From Nitrospirota bacterium (GTDB lineage Bacteria; Nitrospirota; UBA9217), in the NCBI GenBank assembly GCA_963751455.1, contig CAVVUN010000009.1, positions 1-64,000 of the forward strand: a stretch of DNA of 64,000 nucleotides, in the 5' to 3' direction. The position numbers were made by a program, and so were the translations under genes. The notes under the pieces are model-generated. The model ran no database searches, was not told the DNA's origin, and saw only the letters and a list, made by a program, of their open reading frames with translations. Below, in pieces: positions 29,066-38,672 of this stretch (the stretch's first letter is position 1; every line of letters starts with the position of its first letter).

Positions 29066-30220
29066 TTGATGAGCAATCTTGCGGCAGAAGCGCCATCGAA
29101 ATCCAAAATCGATGAGCTGAAGAGGGTTGGGATCATAGCACAGAAACAAAAAGACACTTTTTTGATCCGCCTGAGGACCGTCGGCGGCGGCATGACGGCG
29201 GAGGAATTGAATACGGTAGCCCATGTTACACAGAAGTTCGCCGGCGGCCGGATACACCTCACGACCCGCCAGGCCGTTGAAATTCACAACATCCATGTTG
29301 ATAATCTGCAGGCTGCCCGGGAAGAACTGGAGCGTAACGGCATCGTTCTCGGGGTGTGCGGACCCCGCGGACGCGGTATTGTAGCATGCCCCGGGAGCGC
29401 AACCTGCACATCAGGAATCATTGAAACCAGGGAACTCGCCTCGGAGCTCGATTCCCTCTATTTCCGCGAACAGGCGCCGCACAAGTTCAAGATCGGCATC
29501 TCGGGCTGCGCAAACAACTGCTCGAAACCGATCGAGAACGATGTCGGGATCATGGGAGGGGTGCTGCCGGCGTGGAACAAGGACGCATGCATCTCCTGCA
29601 GACTTTGCGCAAGCATCTGCCCGAGCAGCGCGATCGAACAGAAGGACAAGGACTGTGTCCTCGATACGGAGAAATGCCTTCTCTGCGGGCTCTGCATCAA
29701 TAATTGCCCGACGGCGGCCTGGAAACCGCAAAAAACCGGTTATTCGCTGTATCTCGGCGGGACGATGGGCAAGAGGCCCCGTCTCGGTACGAAGGCCAAA
29801 ACGCTGATCGAATCGAAAGAGGAACTGCTTCGGCATATAAAACGCTCGTTCGAGTATTATCGCGCGCACGGGCTGAAGAAAGAACGCTTCGGCCATACGC
29901 TTGACCGTATTGGGGTGAACCGGGCATTTGAGGCGATATTTTCCGAAAACGGGACGGAAGCGCCTGCCTCGGCGGGCCCGGACACGGGGGCCGCGGCAAG
30001 AAAAAATTTCCTCGATCTCAGGGGCGTATGCTGCCCGCTCAATTTTGTCAAGGCAAAGCTGGCGATGGACAAGATCAAGACCGGAGAAACCATGGAGTTT
30101 TATCTTGACGATGGCGAACCGATCGTCAATGTCACGAGAAGTCTGAAGGATGAAGGCCATCAGGTGCTGCTGGTCACCGCGAAAGAGACGTACTTCGAGC
30201 TGATGGTTGAAAAAAAGTAA
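29066..30220 (+). CDS. Nitrite/sulfite reductase-like siroheme-[4Fe-4S] protein with 2x[4Fe-4S] ferredoxin and C-terminal TusA/SirA domain
   Basis: LTTRQ, ACPGSATC...KFKIGISGCANNC, CISCRLCASIC, CLLCGLCINNC, LDLRGVCCPLNFVKAK. Confidence 0.9.
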   Translation: MMSNLAAEAPSKSKIDELKRVGIIAQKQKDTFLIRLRTVGGGMTAEELNTVAHVTQKFAGGRIHLTTRQAVEIHNIHVDNLQAAREELERNGIVLGVCGPRGRGIVACPGSATCTSGIIETRELASELDSLYFREQAPHKFKIGISGCANNCSKPIENDVGIMGGVLPAWNKDACISCRLCASICPSSAIEQKDKDCVLDTEKCLLCGLCINNCPTAAWKPQKTGYSLYLGGTMGKRPRLGTKAKTLIESKEELLRHIKRSFEYYRAHGLKKERFGHTLDRIGVNRAFEAIFSENGTEAPASAGPDTGAAARKNFLDLRGVCCPLNFVKAKLAMDKIKTGETMEFYLDDGEPIVNVTRSLKDEGHQVLLVTAKETYFELMVEKK

Positions 30221-30413
30221 AACACACAATGTTTCGCAGCTGGTTGTGCAACCTGAAGACGACCTGACCAGTTCGTAGCGTAGTATCGCACAAAAGTCCT
30301 CAACCTTGACATTCACTCAAAAGCTTTGTACGATTTTCAATATGCACTGTACATAATTTACGGCGCCTGCTGATGCTTTCAGGCGCCGAATCGTTTTTGG
30401 GAGAAATGTCGTT

Positions 30414-31499
30414 ATGAATCGGACAACAACGCCGGCAACTCCTTTGCCGGAGATATGTGCCAGTACGATTTTCGAGGCGAGCGGCGTGAAGCTGGGTCCC
30501 GGTATCGCGTCCGAGCTCTGGTCCAAGATAATGCGCCATAAATGGCTCATGTCGGAGAAGCTGCGGCGGGACGTCGGCTTTAAAACGGCATGCATCGATT
30601 TTCTCGAAAACATGGATCTCGCCTTGAAAGAATACCTGGAGTATAAGCGCAGGGACGTCCTGAATGAGATGGGCGCAAAGACGGTCGGCAGGGATATGTG
30701 GGACACGATTTCCGATTCCCAGCCGCCGAAGCAATTGATCAATCGAAAAATCATTCTTCCTCTGAAAGAAGAATCTCTTTCGAAAAAACACGGGGTCCGT
30801 TCGCCGAACACGATCATGTTTTTCGGACCTCCGGGAACCGGCAAAACGCATTTTGTAAAAGCAATTGCAGGCATCCTCTCGTGGTGGTATGTGGAAATAC
30901 TGCCAAGTATGCTTACCATAGACGGCGCCGAAAGAATGGGAATCAATCTGCACACGATTCTTGAGAAAGCAAGGACACTGGAAGATGCGGTCGTTTTCAT
31001 AGACGAATTCGACGAAATAGCGGCCAGCCGGAACACCGCGGCCCGGATCGATAAAGGCATCACGAATACGTTTCTGAAGCAGGTACCCCTGTTCAAACAA
31101 GAAGGGAAAAACATATTGCTCGTTTGCGCAACCAACTTTATCAGCCATCTCGACCCTGCTTTGCTGCGGCCGGGTCGCTTCGACTATATCATTCCGGTCG
31201 GCGGCCTGGATGAAGACAGCAGGAAAACCATTCTGGAATACTATCTGCGAAAGCTCAATGCCGGGGAAATCGACAAAGATTTGGTCGTGAAGATGACTTC
31301 GCGATTTACTCCCGCTGACATAGAATATCTGTTTCAGACGGTAGCGCACTATTCCTTCGAGAAGGAGTACGTCGATCGCCGGGACTACAAGGTTACGACC
31401 GAAACGTTCATTCAGATATTGCCCAGGATGAGGCCTTCTTTGACCGAAGAGATCATCGACGACTTTAAGAAAGACAGCATTACCTATTCCAGAATGTGA
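30414..31499 (+). CDS. AAA+ ATPase with small N-terminal helical domain
   Basis: Walker A GPPGTGKT, Walker B VFIDEFD, SRH LDPALLRPGRFD. Confidence 0.88.
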   Translation: MNRTTTPATPLPEICASTIFEASGVKLGPGIASELWSKIMRHKWLMSEKLRRDVGFKTACIDFLENMDLALKEYLEYKRRDVLNEMGAKTVGRDMWDTISDSQPPKQLINRKIILPLKEESLSKKHGVRSPNTIMFFGPPGTGKTHFVKAIAGILSWWYVEILPSMLTIDGAERMGINLHTILEKARTLEDAVVFIDEFDEIAASRNTAARIDKGITNTFLKQVPLFKQEGKNILLVCATNFISHLDPALLRPGRFDYIIPVGGLDEDSRKTILEYYLRKLNAGEIDKDLVVKMTSRFTPADIEYLFQTVAHYSFEKEYVDRRDYKVTTETFIQILPRMRPSLTEEIIDDFKKDSITYSRM

Positions 31500-31818
31500 C
31501 GGATTTTGTATGTTATTCCGGTTCGAGCCGGCAGGCCCCTCGGCCCAACGGCTCGGTGCAGTCGGACAGCTCTTATGGTCTAAGTCGTGATAGGCGGCAA
31601 TCACCGGTGATCGTGCTCTCCGTCGCTGCCTGATAATCGCGGTGAAATGCTTGGAGCTGAGCTGATCAACACTCCACGACAACCACAGTCAAGTTGCTTA
31701 AAACTTTCCACTTTGCTATAATGATTTTCACATACACATACTGCTGGCATCTTCATCGTCCTGCGTTCATGAGAGCCCGCAGGCGAGAAGCTGCGGCAGG
31801 CTGCGGGGGCGCTGGAGC

Positions 31819-32673
31819 ATGGGAAAGTACAGGAAGATACTTGTAGCTGTCGACGGGTCGGAATCGGGCTGGCATGCGCTGCGCCAGGCATTCAAGTTTG
31901 CGTCCGACGAGAAATGCTGGATCACGGTCACCTGCGTGGTCCCGCCGTATGACGGAGAGGTCGAGATACTGGGCATCAAGGACATACGGTCTTCGCTTCG
32001 GAAGCCCTGCGACGATGCCCTGAGGGAAGCGCGGAAGATTGCTGACACAGAGCGGGCGCTCATCAAGACGGTCTGCGAAGAGGGGGAGGCCCACGAACGG
32101 ATCGTTGACCTCGCAGATGCTGAAAACTGCGATCTGATCATTATGGGGCGAAGGGGGCGTCGCAAGGTTGAACGCATGCTCGTTGGACGGGTGACAGCGC
32201 GCGTTATTGGCCATTCCCAGCGCGATGTGCTTGTCGTCCCGAACGGAACGAAAGTAGGCTGGAAAACAGTGGCTGTTGCTACCGATGGCTCAAAGTACAG
32301 CGACACGGCAGCCGCACGGGCCATCGAGTTCGCGAAAGCGTACGGTGGAGAGATGAAGGTTCTTTCCGTTGTTGATGTACCCGCCGAGTTTTACGGGGAA
32401 GCGCCCCAAGCTGTGGAGGACCTGGTTAAACAAGCAAAAGGCTTCGTCGCTGATGTAAAGAAAAAGGCAGAGGAGGCCGGAATCAGGGCAGATACCTTTG
32501 TCGGCGAGGCAGAAGCCGACCAGGCAATAAATGCCATGGCCCGGGAACAGAAGGCCGATATGATCGTTATCGGTTCACATGGGCGGACCGGCTTGAGGCG
32601 GCTGCTCATGGGAAGCGTTGCCGAAAAAGCGATCGGTTTCGCGACCTGCCCGGTGCTGGTCGTCAAATCATGA
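31819..32673 (+). CDS. Tandem universal stress protein
   Basis: Two USP domains (ILVAVDGS; VAVATDGS...IVIGSHGRTG..GSV). Confidence 0.93.
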   Translation: MGKYRKILVAVDGSESGWHALRQAFKFASDEKCWITVTCVVPPYDGEVEILGIKDIRSSLRKPCDDALREARKIADTERALIKTVCEEGEAHERIVDLADAENCDLIIMGRRGRRKVERMLVGRVTARVIGHSQRDVLVVPNGTKVGWKTVAVATDGSKYSDTAAARAIEFAKAYGGEMKVLSVVDVPAEFYGEAPQAVEDLVKQAKGFVADVKKKAEEAGIRADTFVGEAEADQAINAMAREQKADMIVIGSHGRTGLRRLLMGSVAEKAIGFATCPVLVVKS

Positions 32674-32813
32674 TCCCGGCACACTGCTTATGAGAACCGG
32701 GCTGTCGGCGACAAACTGCTTCTTTCTCTTGCATTTTTCCCCGAACTGTATTATTCTTTTCCTAACGCACAAATGCAAACCTCATTTTCCGCGTAAAGTT
32801 CTCGTCTTATTGT

Positions 32814-34628
32814 ATGCCCGATAAAATCTCTCCATTCAAAGGAACGATCAAATCACTAGGCCTCGTCTTCGGCGATATCGGCACGAGCCCGATCTATACG
32901 CTGACCGTGATTTTTCTGATCACGCCGCGCACGGAGCACAATGTAATAGGCGTGCTGTCGCTGATCTTCTGGACGCTGATCCTGTTAGTCACCGTCCAGT
33001 ACACGTGGCTGGCGATGAGTCTTGGAAAGCGCGGTGAAGGAGGCACTATCGTGCTTCGGGAGATCCTTGTACCGCTCCTGAAGTCAAGCAGGAATGTGGC
33101 CTTTGTCACGCTTCTGTCCTTCATCGGCATTTCGCTCATGGTCGGCGATGGTGTCATCACTCCCGCTATCAGTATTTTGAGCGCGGTCGAGGGCATCCTG
33201 CTGATTCCCGGGCTTGAAAAAACCAGCCAGGGAACACTGATTGTAATCGCGGGAATCATTGCGGTTATTCTTTTTTACTTCCAAAAGAAGGGGACGGACA
33301 AGGTATCAGGGGCCTTCGGACCCATCGTTCTTGTGTGGTTTGTGATACTGGCAGTATCCGGGATTGCCTCGATCATACAGGTGCCCGGTGTAATCAAGGC
33401 TGTAAATCCATTGAATGCCTTCCAATTTTTTCTGAACAACGGGTTATCCGGTTTCTTCGTCCTTTCCGAAGTGATTCTGTGCGCAACAGGCGGTGAGGCC
33501 CTGTACGCGGATATGGGACATCTGGGGAGGGCGCCTATTGTCAGAGCCTGGTCCGGCGTCTTCTGGGCCCTGGTATTAAACTATTTCGGGCAGGGGGCAT
33601 TCATTATCGCGCATCCGAATGCAAAAAACGTTCTTTTTGAGATGTTTTTCCATCAGGCCCGTATTCTTTACATACCGTTCCTCCTCCTTTCTATAATGGC
33701 CACAGTGATTGCTTCACAGGCGATGATAAGCGGTATGTTCTCGATTGTGTACCAGGGGATAACGACGCGCATCATGCCGATGTTCAAAGTCGATTACACG
33801 TCGACCGAGCGGCAATCTCAAATCTACATCGGGTTCGTGAACTGGTTCCTGCTCCTTCTCGTGATCTTCATTATGATAGAGTTTCGCGAGTCGAGCCGGC
33901 TTGCCGCAGCATACGGCCTGGCGGTGACAGGTACGATGACGCTGACAGGCGTCATGATGACCTGGATATACTTCCTACGAAGAAACTTCCTTCGGGCCTG
34001 CATCTCGTTCTTCGTAATGCTGGTTTCCGCAATTTACCTCATTTCGAATACGTACAAAATCCCGCACGGCGGCTACTGGTCGTTGATAATCGCCGCGATC
34101 CCGTTCTCGATCATCATGCTGTATCGCAGGGGCCAGCGGAAACTCTATAATGCGCTCCAACCGCTCCCGCTCGATGTGTTTCTGCTGAGCTACGATCAGA
34201 TCTACAAGTCAGTGAACAAAATCAATGGCACCGCGCTCTATTTTGCCAAGGACGCGAACGAGATGCCGCCCTATATCGTCCATACCATGTTTAAGAACAA
34301 CATCGTTTACCGGGACAACATCATCGTTTCGATTGTTCGCCGCGATGACCCGTTCGGAATTACCGGGTATTTCAAACAGGAGCTTGCGCCGGGGCTGCGG
34401 ACGTTCCAAATACAGGCCGGGTATATGGAAGTGCCCGACGTGGAAGAGATTCTGCGCGAAGCCGGGATCAGCGAGAAAACGATTTTCTACGGTGTCGAGG
34501 ACATAATCCCGTCAAACGTCATTTGGCACATGTTCTCGATCATAAAGCGGCTCACCCCGAACATCGTACAGTTCTACAAACTGCCCCCGAACAAGCTCCA
34601 CGGCGTAGTGACACGTATAGAGATGTAA
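32814..34628 (+). CDS. kup: KUP/HAK/KT potassium transporter
   Basis: GLVFGDIGTSPIY, GEGG, GDGVITPAISILSAVEG, TGGEALYADMGH, LAAAYG. Confidence 0.95.
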   Translation: MPDKISPFKGTIKSLGLVFGDIGTSPIYTLTVIFLITPRTEHNVIGVLSLIFWTLILLVTVQYTWLAMSLGKRGEGGTIVLREILVPLLKSSRNVAFVTLLSFIGISLMVGDGVITPAISILSAVEGILLIPGLEKTSQGTLIVIAGIIAVILFYFQKKGTDKVSGAFGPIVLVWFVILAVSGIASIIQVPGVIKAVNPLNAFQFFLNNGLSGFFVLSEVILCATGGEALYADMGHLGRAPIVRAWSGVFWALVLNYFGQGAFIIAHPNAKNVLFEMFFHQARILYIPFLLLSIMATVIASQAMISGMFSIVYQGITTRIMPMFKVDYTSTERQSQIYIGFVNWFLLLLVIFIMIEFRESSRLAAAYGLAVTGTMTLTGVMMTWIYFLRRNFLRACISFFVMLVSAIYLISNTYKIPHGGYWSLIIAAIPFSIIMLYRRGQRKLYNALQPLPLDVFLLSYDQIYKSVNKINGTALYFAKDANEMPPYIVHTMFKNNIVYRDNIIVSIVRRDDPFGITGYFKQELAPGLRTFQIQAGYMEVPDVEEILREAGISEKTIFYGVEDIIPSNVIWHMFSIIKRLTPNIVQFYKLPPNKLHGVVTRIEM

Positions 34629-34681
34629 GAAGGATGCGGTACTGAATAGTCTAAGTAACAGGCCTGAAGTCAAGATAATGC

Positions 34682-34710
34682 TTGACTTCCTGGTTCAGAA
34701 GGGGCATAGT
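34682..34710 (+). promoter_or_regulatory. sigma70 promoter of the cold-shock gene
   Basis: TTGACT-17 bp-CATAGT. Confidence 0.5.
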
Positions 34711-34822
34711 ACACCAGAAGTTCCGGATGTGCTTGCAGGGGAAACCGCAAAGACAAATCGACTTTGCGGCATTTTTTTGTTAATTTCCGTCGCTTCAATT
34801 CACAAGAAGGAGGTAGAACATC

Positions 34823-35023
34823 ATGGAGACAGGTACCGTAAAGTGGTTCAATGATTCCAAAGGTTTTGGATTCATTACCCGTGAAAAAGGCGGCGATGTG
34901 TTCGTTCATTTTGGCGACATTCAGGACAGCGGCTTTAAGTCGTTGGCTGAAGGTCAGCAAGTCGAATTCGACGTTGTTGATTCGCCCAAAGGCCCCAAGG
35001 CATCCAACGTTATAAAACTCTAA
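34823..35023 (+). CDS. Cold-shock protein (CspA family)
   Basis: GTVKWFN..KGFGFI...DVFVHF; RBS GGAGG. Confidence 0.97.
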   Translation: METGTVKWFNDSKGFGFITREKGGDVFVHFGDIQDSGFKSLAEGQQVEFDVVDSPKGPKASNVIKL

Positions 35024-35043
35024 GCTAATCGCTTAAATCTTCG

Positions 35044-35074
35044 CAGGCCCTGGTCATTCAGGGCCTGTTTTTTT
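35044..35074 (+). terminator. Rho-independent terminator
   Basis: CAGGCCCTG-gtcatt-CAGGGCCTG followed by T7. Confidence 0.85.
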
Positions 35075-35140
35075 ATTCTCTTTTTCCATACGGTGAATGG
35101 CCCGAGCGACTCGGAACTGCATAAGCTCGGAAGGTCTTTG

Positions 35141-35386
35141 TCACTGCACTGACGGTCTTTCACTATACGGCTGCTTCCGGCTTTCTTCCATTTTTCTTCG
35201 TATTCTTATCCACCATAAAACGCTTATTCCCGCAACCATACCGGCAACAAAGAAAAGCAGTGCTATGACGGCCAGCGACCCGTCGAAGCGCCAGAACAGG
35301 AATGAAATTGCGACGGGCATGGCGTTCTGGACTGAAAAAAAAGCAGTGAAGACTATTACAAGAGCAATAAGAATTATCGCAGCCAT
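35141..35386 (-). CDS. LapA (DUF1049)-domain small membrane protein
   Basis: FSVQN..V.I.FLFW...SLA motif, two TM helices, basic tail. Confidence 0.85.
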   Translation of the reverse strand: MAAIILIALVIVFTAFFSVQNAMPVAISFLFWRFDGSLAVIALLFFVAGMVAGISVLWWIRIRRKMEESRKQPYSERPSVQ

Positions 35387-35669
35387 AGGATCCTCCAAGG
35401 TGGAACATGTTGGTGCAAGGGACACGCTTGTATTGTCTACATTGCAGGAGCGGCTTTATGACCTGATTTCATTTTAGCTCATCAAGCGAGTAAACGGCCG
35501 TCGCTGCGTAATTCGGTAGCGTTTATATCGGGAAGTTGCATGAAAAGAAGGAGGAGTGGAGGATGGTTGCATGGGCAGTTTCCCGGTTTGTTAAAGAGAT
35601 TTGCTTCCAGAAAGCCGGCTGAATAAGAGGCGCGTCATCGGTCGCAGAAAGCGGTATTTTATCAGCCGA

Positions 35670-36062
35670 TTACTTGCCAATAAAGCTGTTTACGGAATGT
35701 ACCAGCTCCTTGCTGAATTGATTTAATCTAATACCTTTATGAACGAATCCGGTTGCGCCTGCTTCCCGCGCGGCAAGGACATCGCTTTCCAGTGTCGAGC
35801 CGGTTACAATAAGGACCGGGATTTCTTTCAACCGGTCATCGGCACGTATTCTGCGAACTGTCTCAAGGCCGCCCATTCCGGGCATTTTGAGATCCATTAA
35901 TATAATTGACGGCAACTCGGCAATCTTTCTCAAATGTTCAAGCGCTCGTTCGCCGCTGATAACGCTTTCGATCCGCAAATCAGCGGGGACCCCTTTCAAC
36001 GCCATTTCCGTCAACAGGACGTCATCCGGCCTGTCATCAACAATCAGTATAGTCCTAGTCAT
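35670..36062 (-). CDS. Single-domain response regulator
   Basis: ILIVDD, LMDLKMPGMGG, GA.GFVHK. Confidence 0.9.
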   Translation of the reverse strand: MTRTILIVDDRPDDVLLTEMALKGVPADLRIESVISGERALEHLRKIAELPSIILMDLKMPGMGGLETVRRIRADDRLKEIPVLIVTGSTLESDVLAAREAGATGFVHKGIRLNQFSKELVHSVNSFIGK

Positions 36063-36263
36063 CGTCGCTTTTACAAGCAATAAGCTTGAGAAGAAACGGG
36101 AACCCCCCTTCGTATAATGATGATGCAGTAAAATGCAGACCCGCACTTTAGCATAAAAATAATATCGTGTAAATAAATTATTATACGAATGTAAAAGAGA
36201 AATAACGCAGGCAAATAACCAAAGGGATCAAAAAGCGGCCCTGAGCAGGATGGCAGTATTGTG

Positions 36264-37394
36264 TTACAACGGCAGTTTTTTCGTTTCTTCGACAAGAGCC
36301 GCTTCTGCGCCGCTCAATGATTGAAGCCGGTCTCCGAATTTGATCAGACGCTTGTCCGCGTCCTCGTACTTCGTTTTCATGCTCGCCATATGTTTTCCCA
36401 TCAAATCGAAATCCGACCTGAACCGGTCGAAATCGCCGGAAAGCCGGGCAAGGCTTTTCAGGATATCCTGGGCCTGCTCCTCGATGTGCAGGCCCTTTAA
36501 CCCCAGCAGGATCGTCTGAAGGTAAGCGTAGAAACTATTCGGCGAGACGGGTATGACGCGTTTCGCAAAAGAGTAATTCATGAGTCCTTTATCCGTGTCG
36601 ACTGACTCGTCCTTGATGATGAGTTCGTAATAAACATTCTCGGCAGGGATGTACATAAGCGCGAAATCGAAGGTGCCTTCGTCGGGCAGAATATACTTGC
36701 AGGCAATGGCATCCACATGTTTCTTCACGTCCGCAAGAAACTTTCTTTTCGAGGACTTCTGCTCGTCTTCGGCTGTTGTTTCAACCATGCGCTTGAAGTT
36801 CTCGAGAGGGAATTTTGCGTCTACGGGCACCAGGTTATTGCCCAGCCTGATGACCGCGTCCACAGCCTCGCCGCTCTTGAACCGGTATTGGATCGTATAA
36901 TGCGCAGGCGGGAGTATCTGGGCCAGCAGATCGCCCAGAAAAAGCTCGCCGAGACCGCCGCGAAGCTTGGGAGAACGAAGGATTTCCTGGAGGCTGGCGA
37001 TGTCCTTGCCAACGAGAAAAACCTTCTGCGTCGCTTCGCTCAAGCCGCCGAGGCTTTTACTCACTTCCTGAACAACCCGGGCCGCGTTATCGAGCCTGGT
37101 ATTCAGGTCTCCGGTCGATTTTTGGAGCTGCTGAGCGACTTGGCCGAGTTGTGTATTTACCTGCGACGTTACCGATCCGAGCTGGTTATTTACCTGCGAG
37201 GTAATCTGTCCGAGCTGCTGGTTGACGCTTTCCTGGCTTCTTTGAACCGCCTCGGTCAACTGGCCGCGGAGCGACTGCACCTCCTGCTGGAGCATGGTAA
37301 CGCCCGGGTCAGCGGTCTTCGAGCGGGACTGGAAAATGTTCCAGACGAGAACGAGCAGCACGAGCGCGAGCAATATGAGGATGGCGATTTGCAT
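36264..37394 (-). CDS. rmuC: DNA recombination protein RmuC family
   Basis: N-terminal TM and coiled coil; RG.LGE..L, PVDAKFP, KYI, DFALMYIPAE, SP.S. Confidence 0.92.
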   Translation of the reverse strand: MQIAILILLALVLLVLVWNIFQSRSKTADPGVTMLQQEVQSLRGQLTEAVQRSQESVNQQLGQITSQVNNQLGSVTSQVNTQLGQVAQQLQKSTGDLNTRLDNAARVVQEVSKSLGGLSEATQKVFLVGKDIASLQEILRSPKLRGGLGELFLGDLLAQILPPAHYTIQYRFKSGEAVDAVIRLGNNLVPVDAKFPLENFKRMVETTAEDEQKSSKRKFLADVKKHVDAIACKYILPDEGTFDFALMYIPAENVYYELIIKDESVDTDKGLMNYSFAKRVIPVSPNSFYAYLQTILLGLKGLHIEEQAQDILKSLARLSGDFDRFRSDFDLMGKHMASMKTKYEDADKRLIKFGDRLQSLSGAEAALVEETKKLPL

Positions 37395-37489
37395 AGTTAG
37401 TTCGGAGTTCGGGGTTCAGAGTTTGAAAAAAATGCTGGAGATTGGCGTCGTTTAGAGAATCAGAATTTTACTCCGCAATCCGCCATGAT

Positions 37490-38488
37490 TTATTTGATTT
37501 CCAGCATTCTGTCCAGCGCTCTCTTTGCCCTGGTTCGGATATCTTCAGGAACCGTGATGAGGTACTGCATTTTCTCCATCGCGGTCAGGACGCTTTGGAG
37601 CTTCGTTCGCTTCATGTTCGGACAAACCATCTCTTTATTGAGAACATAGAATTGTTTGTCCGGGCTGTCTTTTTTAAGACGGTGGAGAATGCCTTCCTCG
37701 GTCCCGATGATAAATTCCGCATTTTTCGATTCCTTGCAGTACCGGATCATGCCCGACGTGCTGGTAATATGATCAGCCATATCCTGTACTTCAGGAGGAC
37801 ACTCGGGATGGACAAGAAGAACGGCGTCGGGATGCTCTGCCTTTGCCCGCTTCACGTCATCAATATCGAGATGCGCCATATGCACATTACAGAAGCCGTC
37901 CCAGGAGATGATTTTTTTCTTTGTTCTCTTTGCCGCGTACGAGGATAGATTACGGTCCGGGATGCAGATGACGGTATCTTCTCTCAGGGATTCGACCACT
38001 TTGACCACATTCGCGGAAGTACAGCAGACATCGCTTTCGGCCTTCACTGCGGCGGAGGTATTGACATACGCGACGACCGGTACGCCGGGATGTTTTTTCT
38101 TCATGTCCAGGAGCGTAAATTCGTCTGCAAATTCAAAGCTAATGCCAAGAATGTCCGAATAATGCTCCCGTCTGGTCTTGCGGGGTCCTTTTACGGTAAC
38201 CATATCAGCCATCGGACAGCCGGCGCCGATTTCTGGCAGCAGGACCGTTTTTTGCGGAGAAAGAATCGCGGCGCTTTCAGCCATGAAGTGAACGCCGCAG
38301 AACACAATGACCCTGTGGTCGGTCTTTGCTGCAGCGCGGGAAAGTTCGAGGGAGTCGCCGGTAATATCAGCTATGTCCTGGACTTCGGGACGCTGATAAT
38401 TGTGGGCCAGGATAATTGCATTCAGTTCAGTCTTTAGTTTCAGGATTTTTTCGCTGATTGCCGTGATGTCAGTCTTATGTTTAGTCAT
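37490..38488 (-). CDS. nadA: Quinolinate synthase
   Basis: [46 protein letters not shown]. Confidence 0.95.
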   Translation of the reverse strand: MTKHKTDITAISEKILKLKTELNAIILAHNYQRPEVQDIADITGDSLELSRAAAKTDHRVIVFCGVHFMAESAAILSPQKTVLLPEIGAGCPMADMVTVKGPRKTRREHYSDILGISFEFADEFTLLDMKKKHPGVPVVAYVNTSAAVKAESDVCCTSANVVKVVESLREDTVICIPDRNLSSYAAKRTKKKIISWDGFCNVHMAHLDIDDVKRAKAEHPDAVLLVHPECPPEVQDMADHITSTSGMIRYCKESKNAEFIIGTEEGILHRLKKDSPDKQFYVLNKEMVCPNMKRTKLQSVLTAMEKMQYLITVPEDIRTRAKRALDRMLEIK

Positions 38489-38546
38489 AGTAGGTGATAA
38501 TACCGATAATAACGGCAGATTGTCAAATGGAAAGTAAATGCACATA

Positions 38547-38621
38547 GGGCATGGCGCATAGCGTGGAGTACTGCGAAATTAGTGCGATCCTGAAGGCTGC
38601 GCTTTGCGCTATGCGCCATGC
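38547..38621. repeat. Heptamer (GCATGGC/GCATAGC) inverted-arm repeat between nadA and era
   Basis: GGGCATGGCGCATAGCG ... CGCTTTGCGCTATGCGCCATGC. Confidence 0.7.
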
Positions 38622-38672
38622 GGAAAGGGTTTTATGTTGCGCCGAATACCGATTTCGGGTATTCTACCGCTC

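Noticed and set aside
31542-31640. attC-like start GCCCAAC..GTGCAGTCGGAC after the AAA gene
   Set aside because: No matching GTTRRRY right end or consistent stem found.
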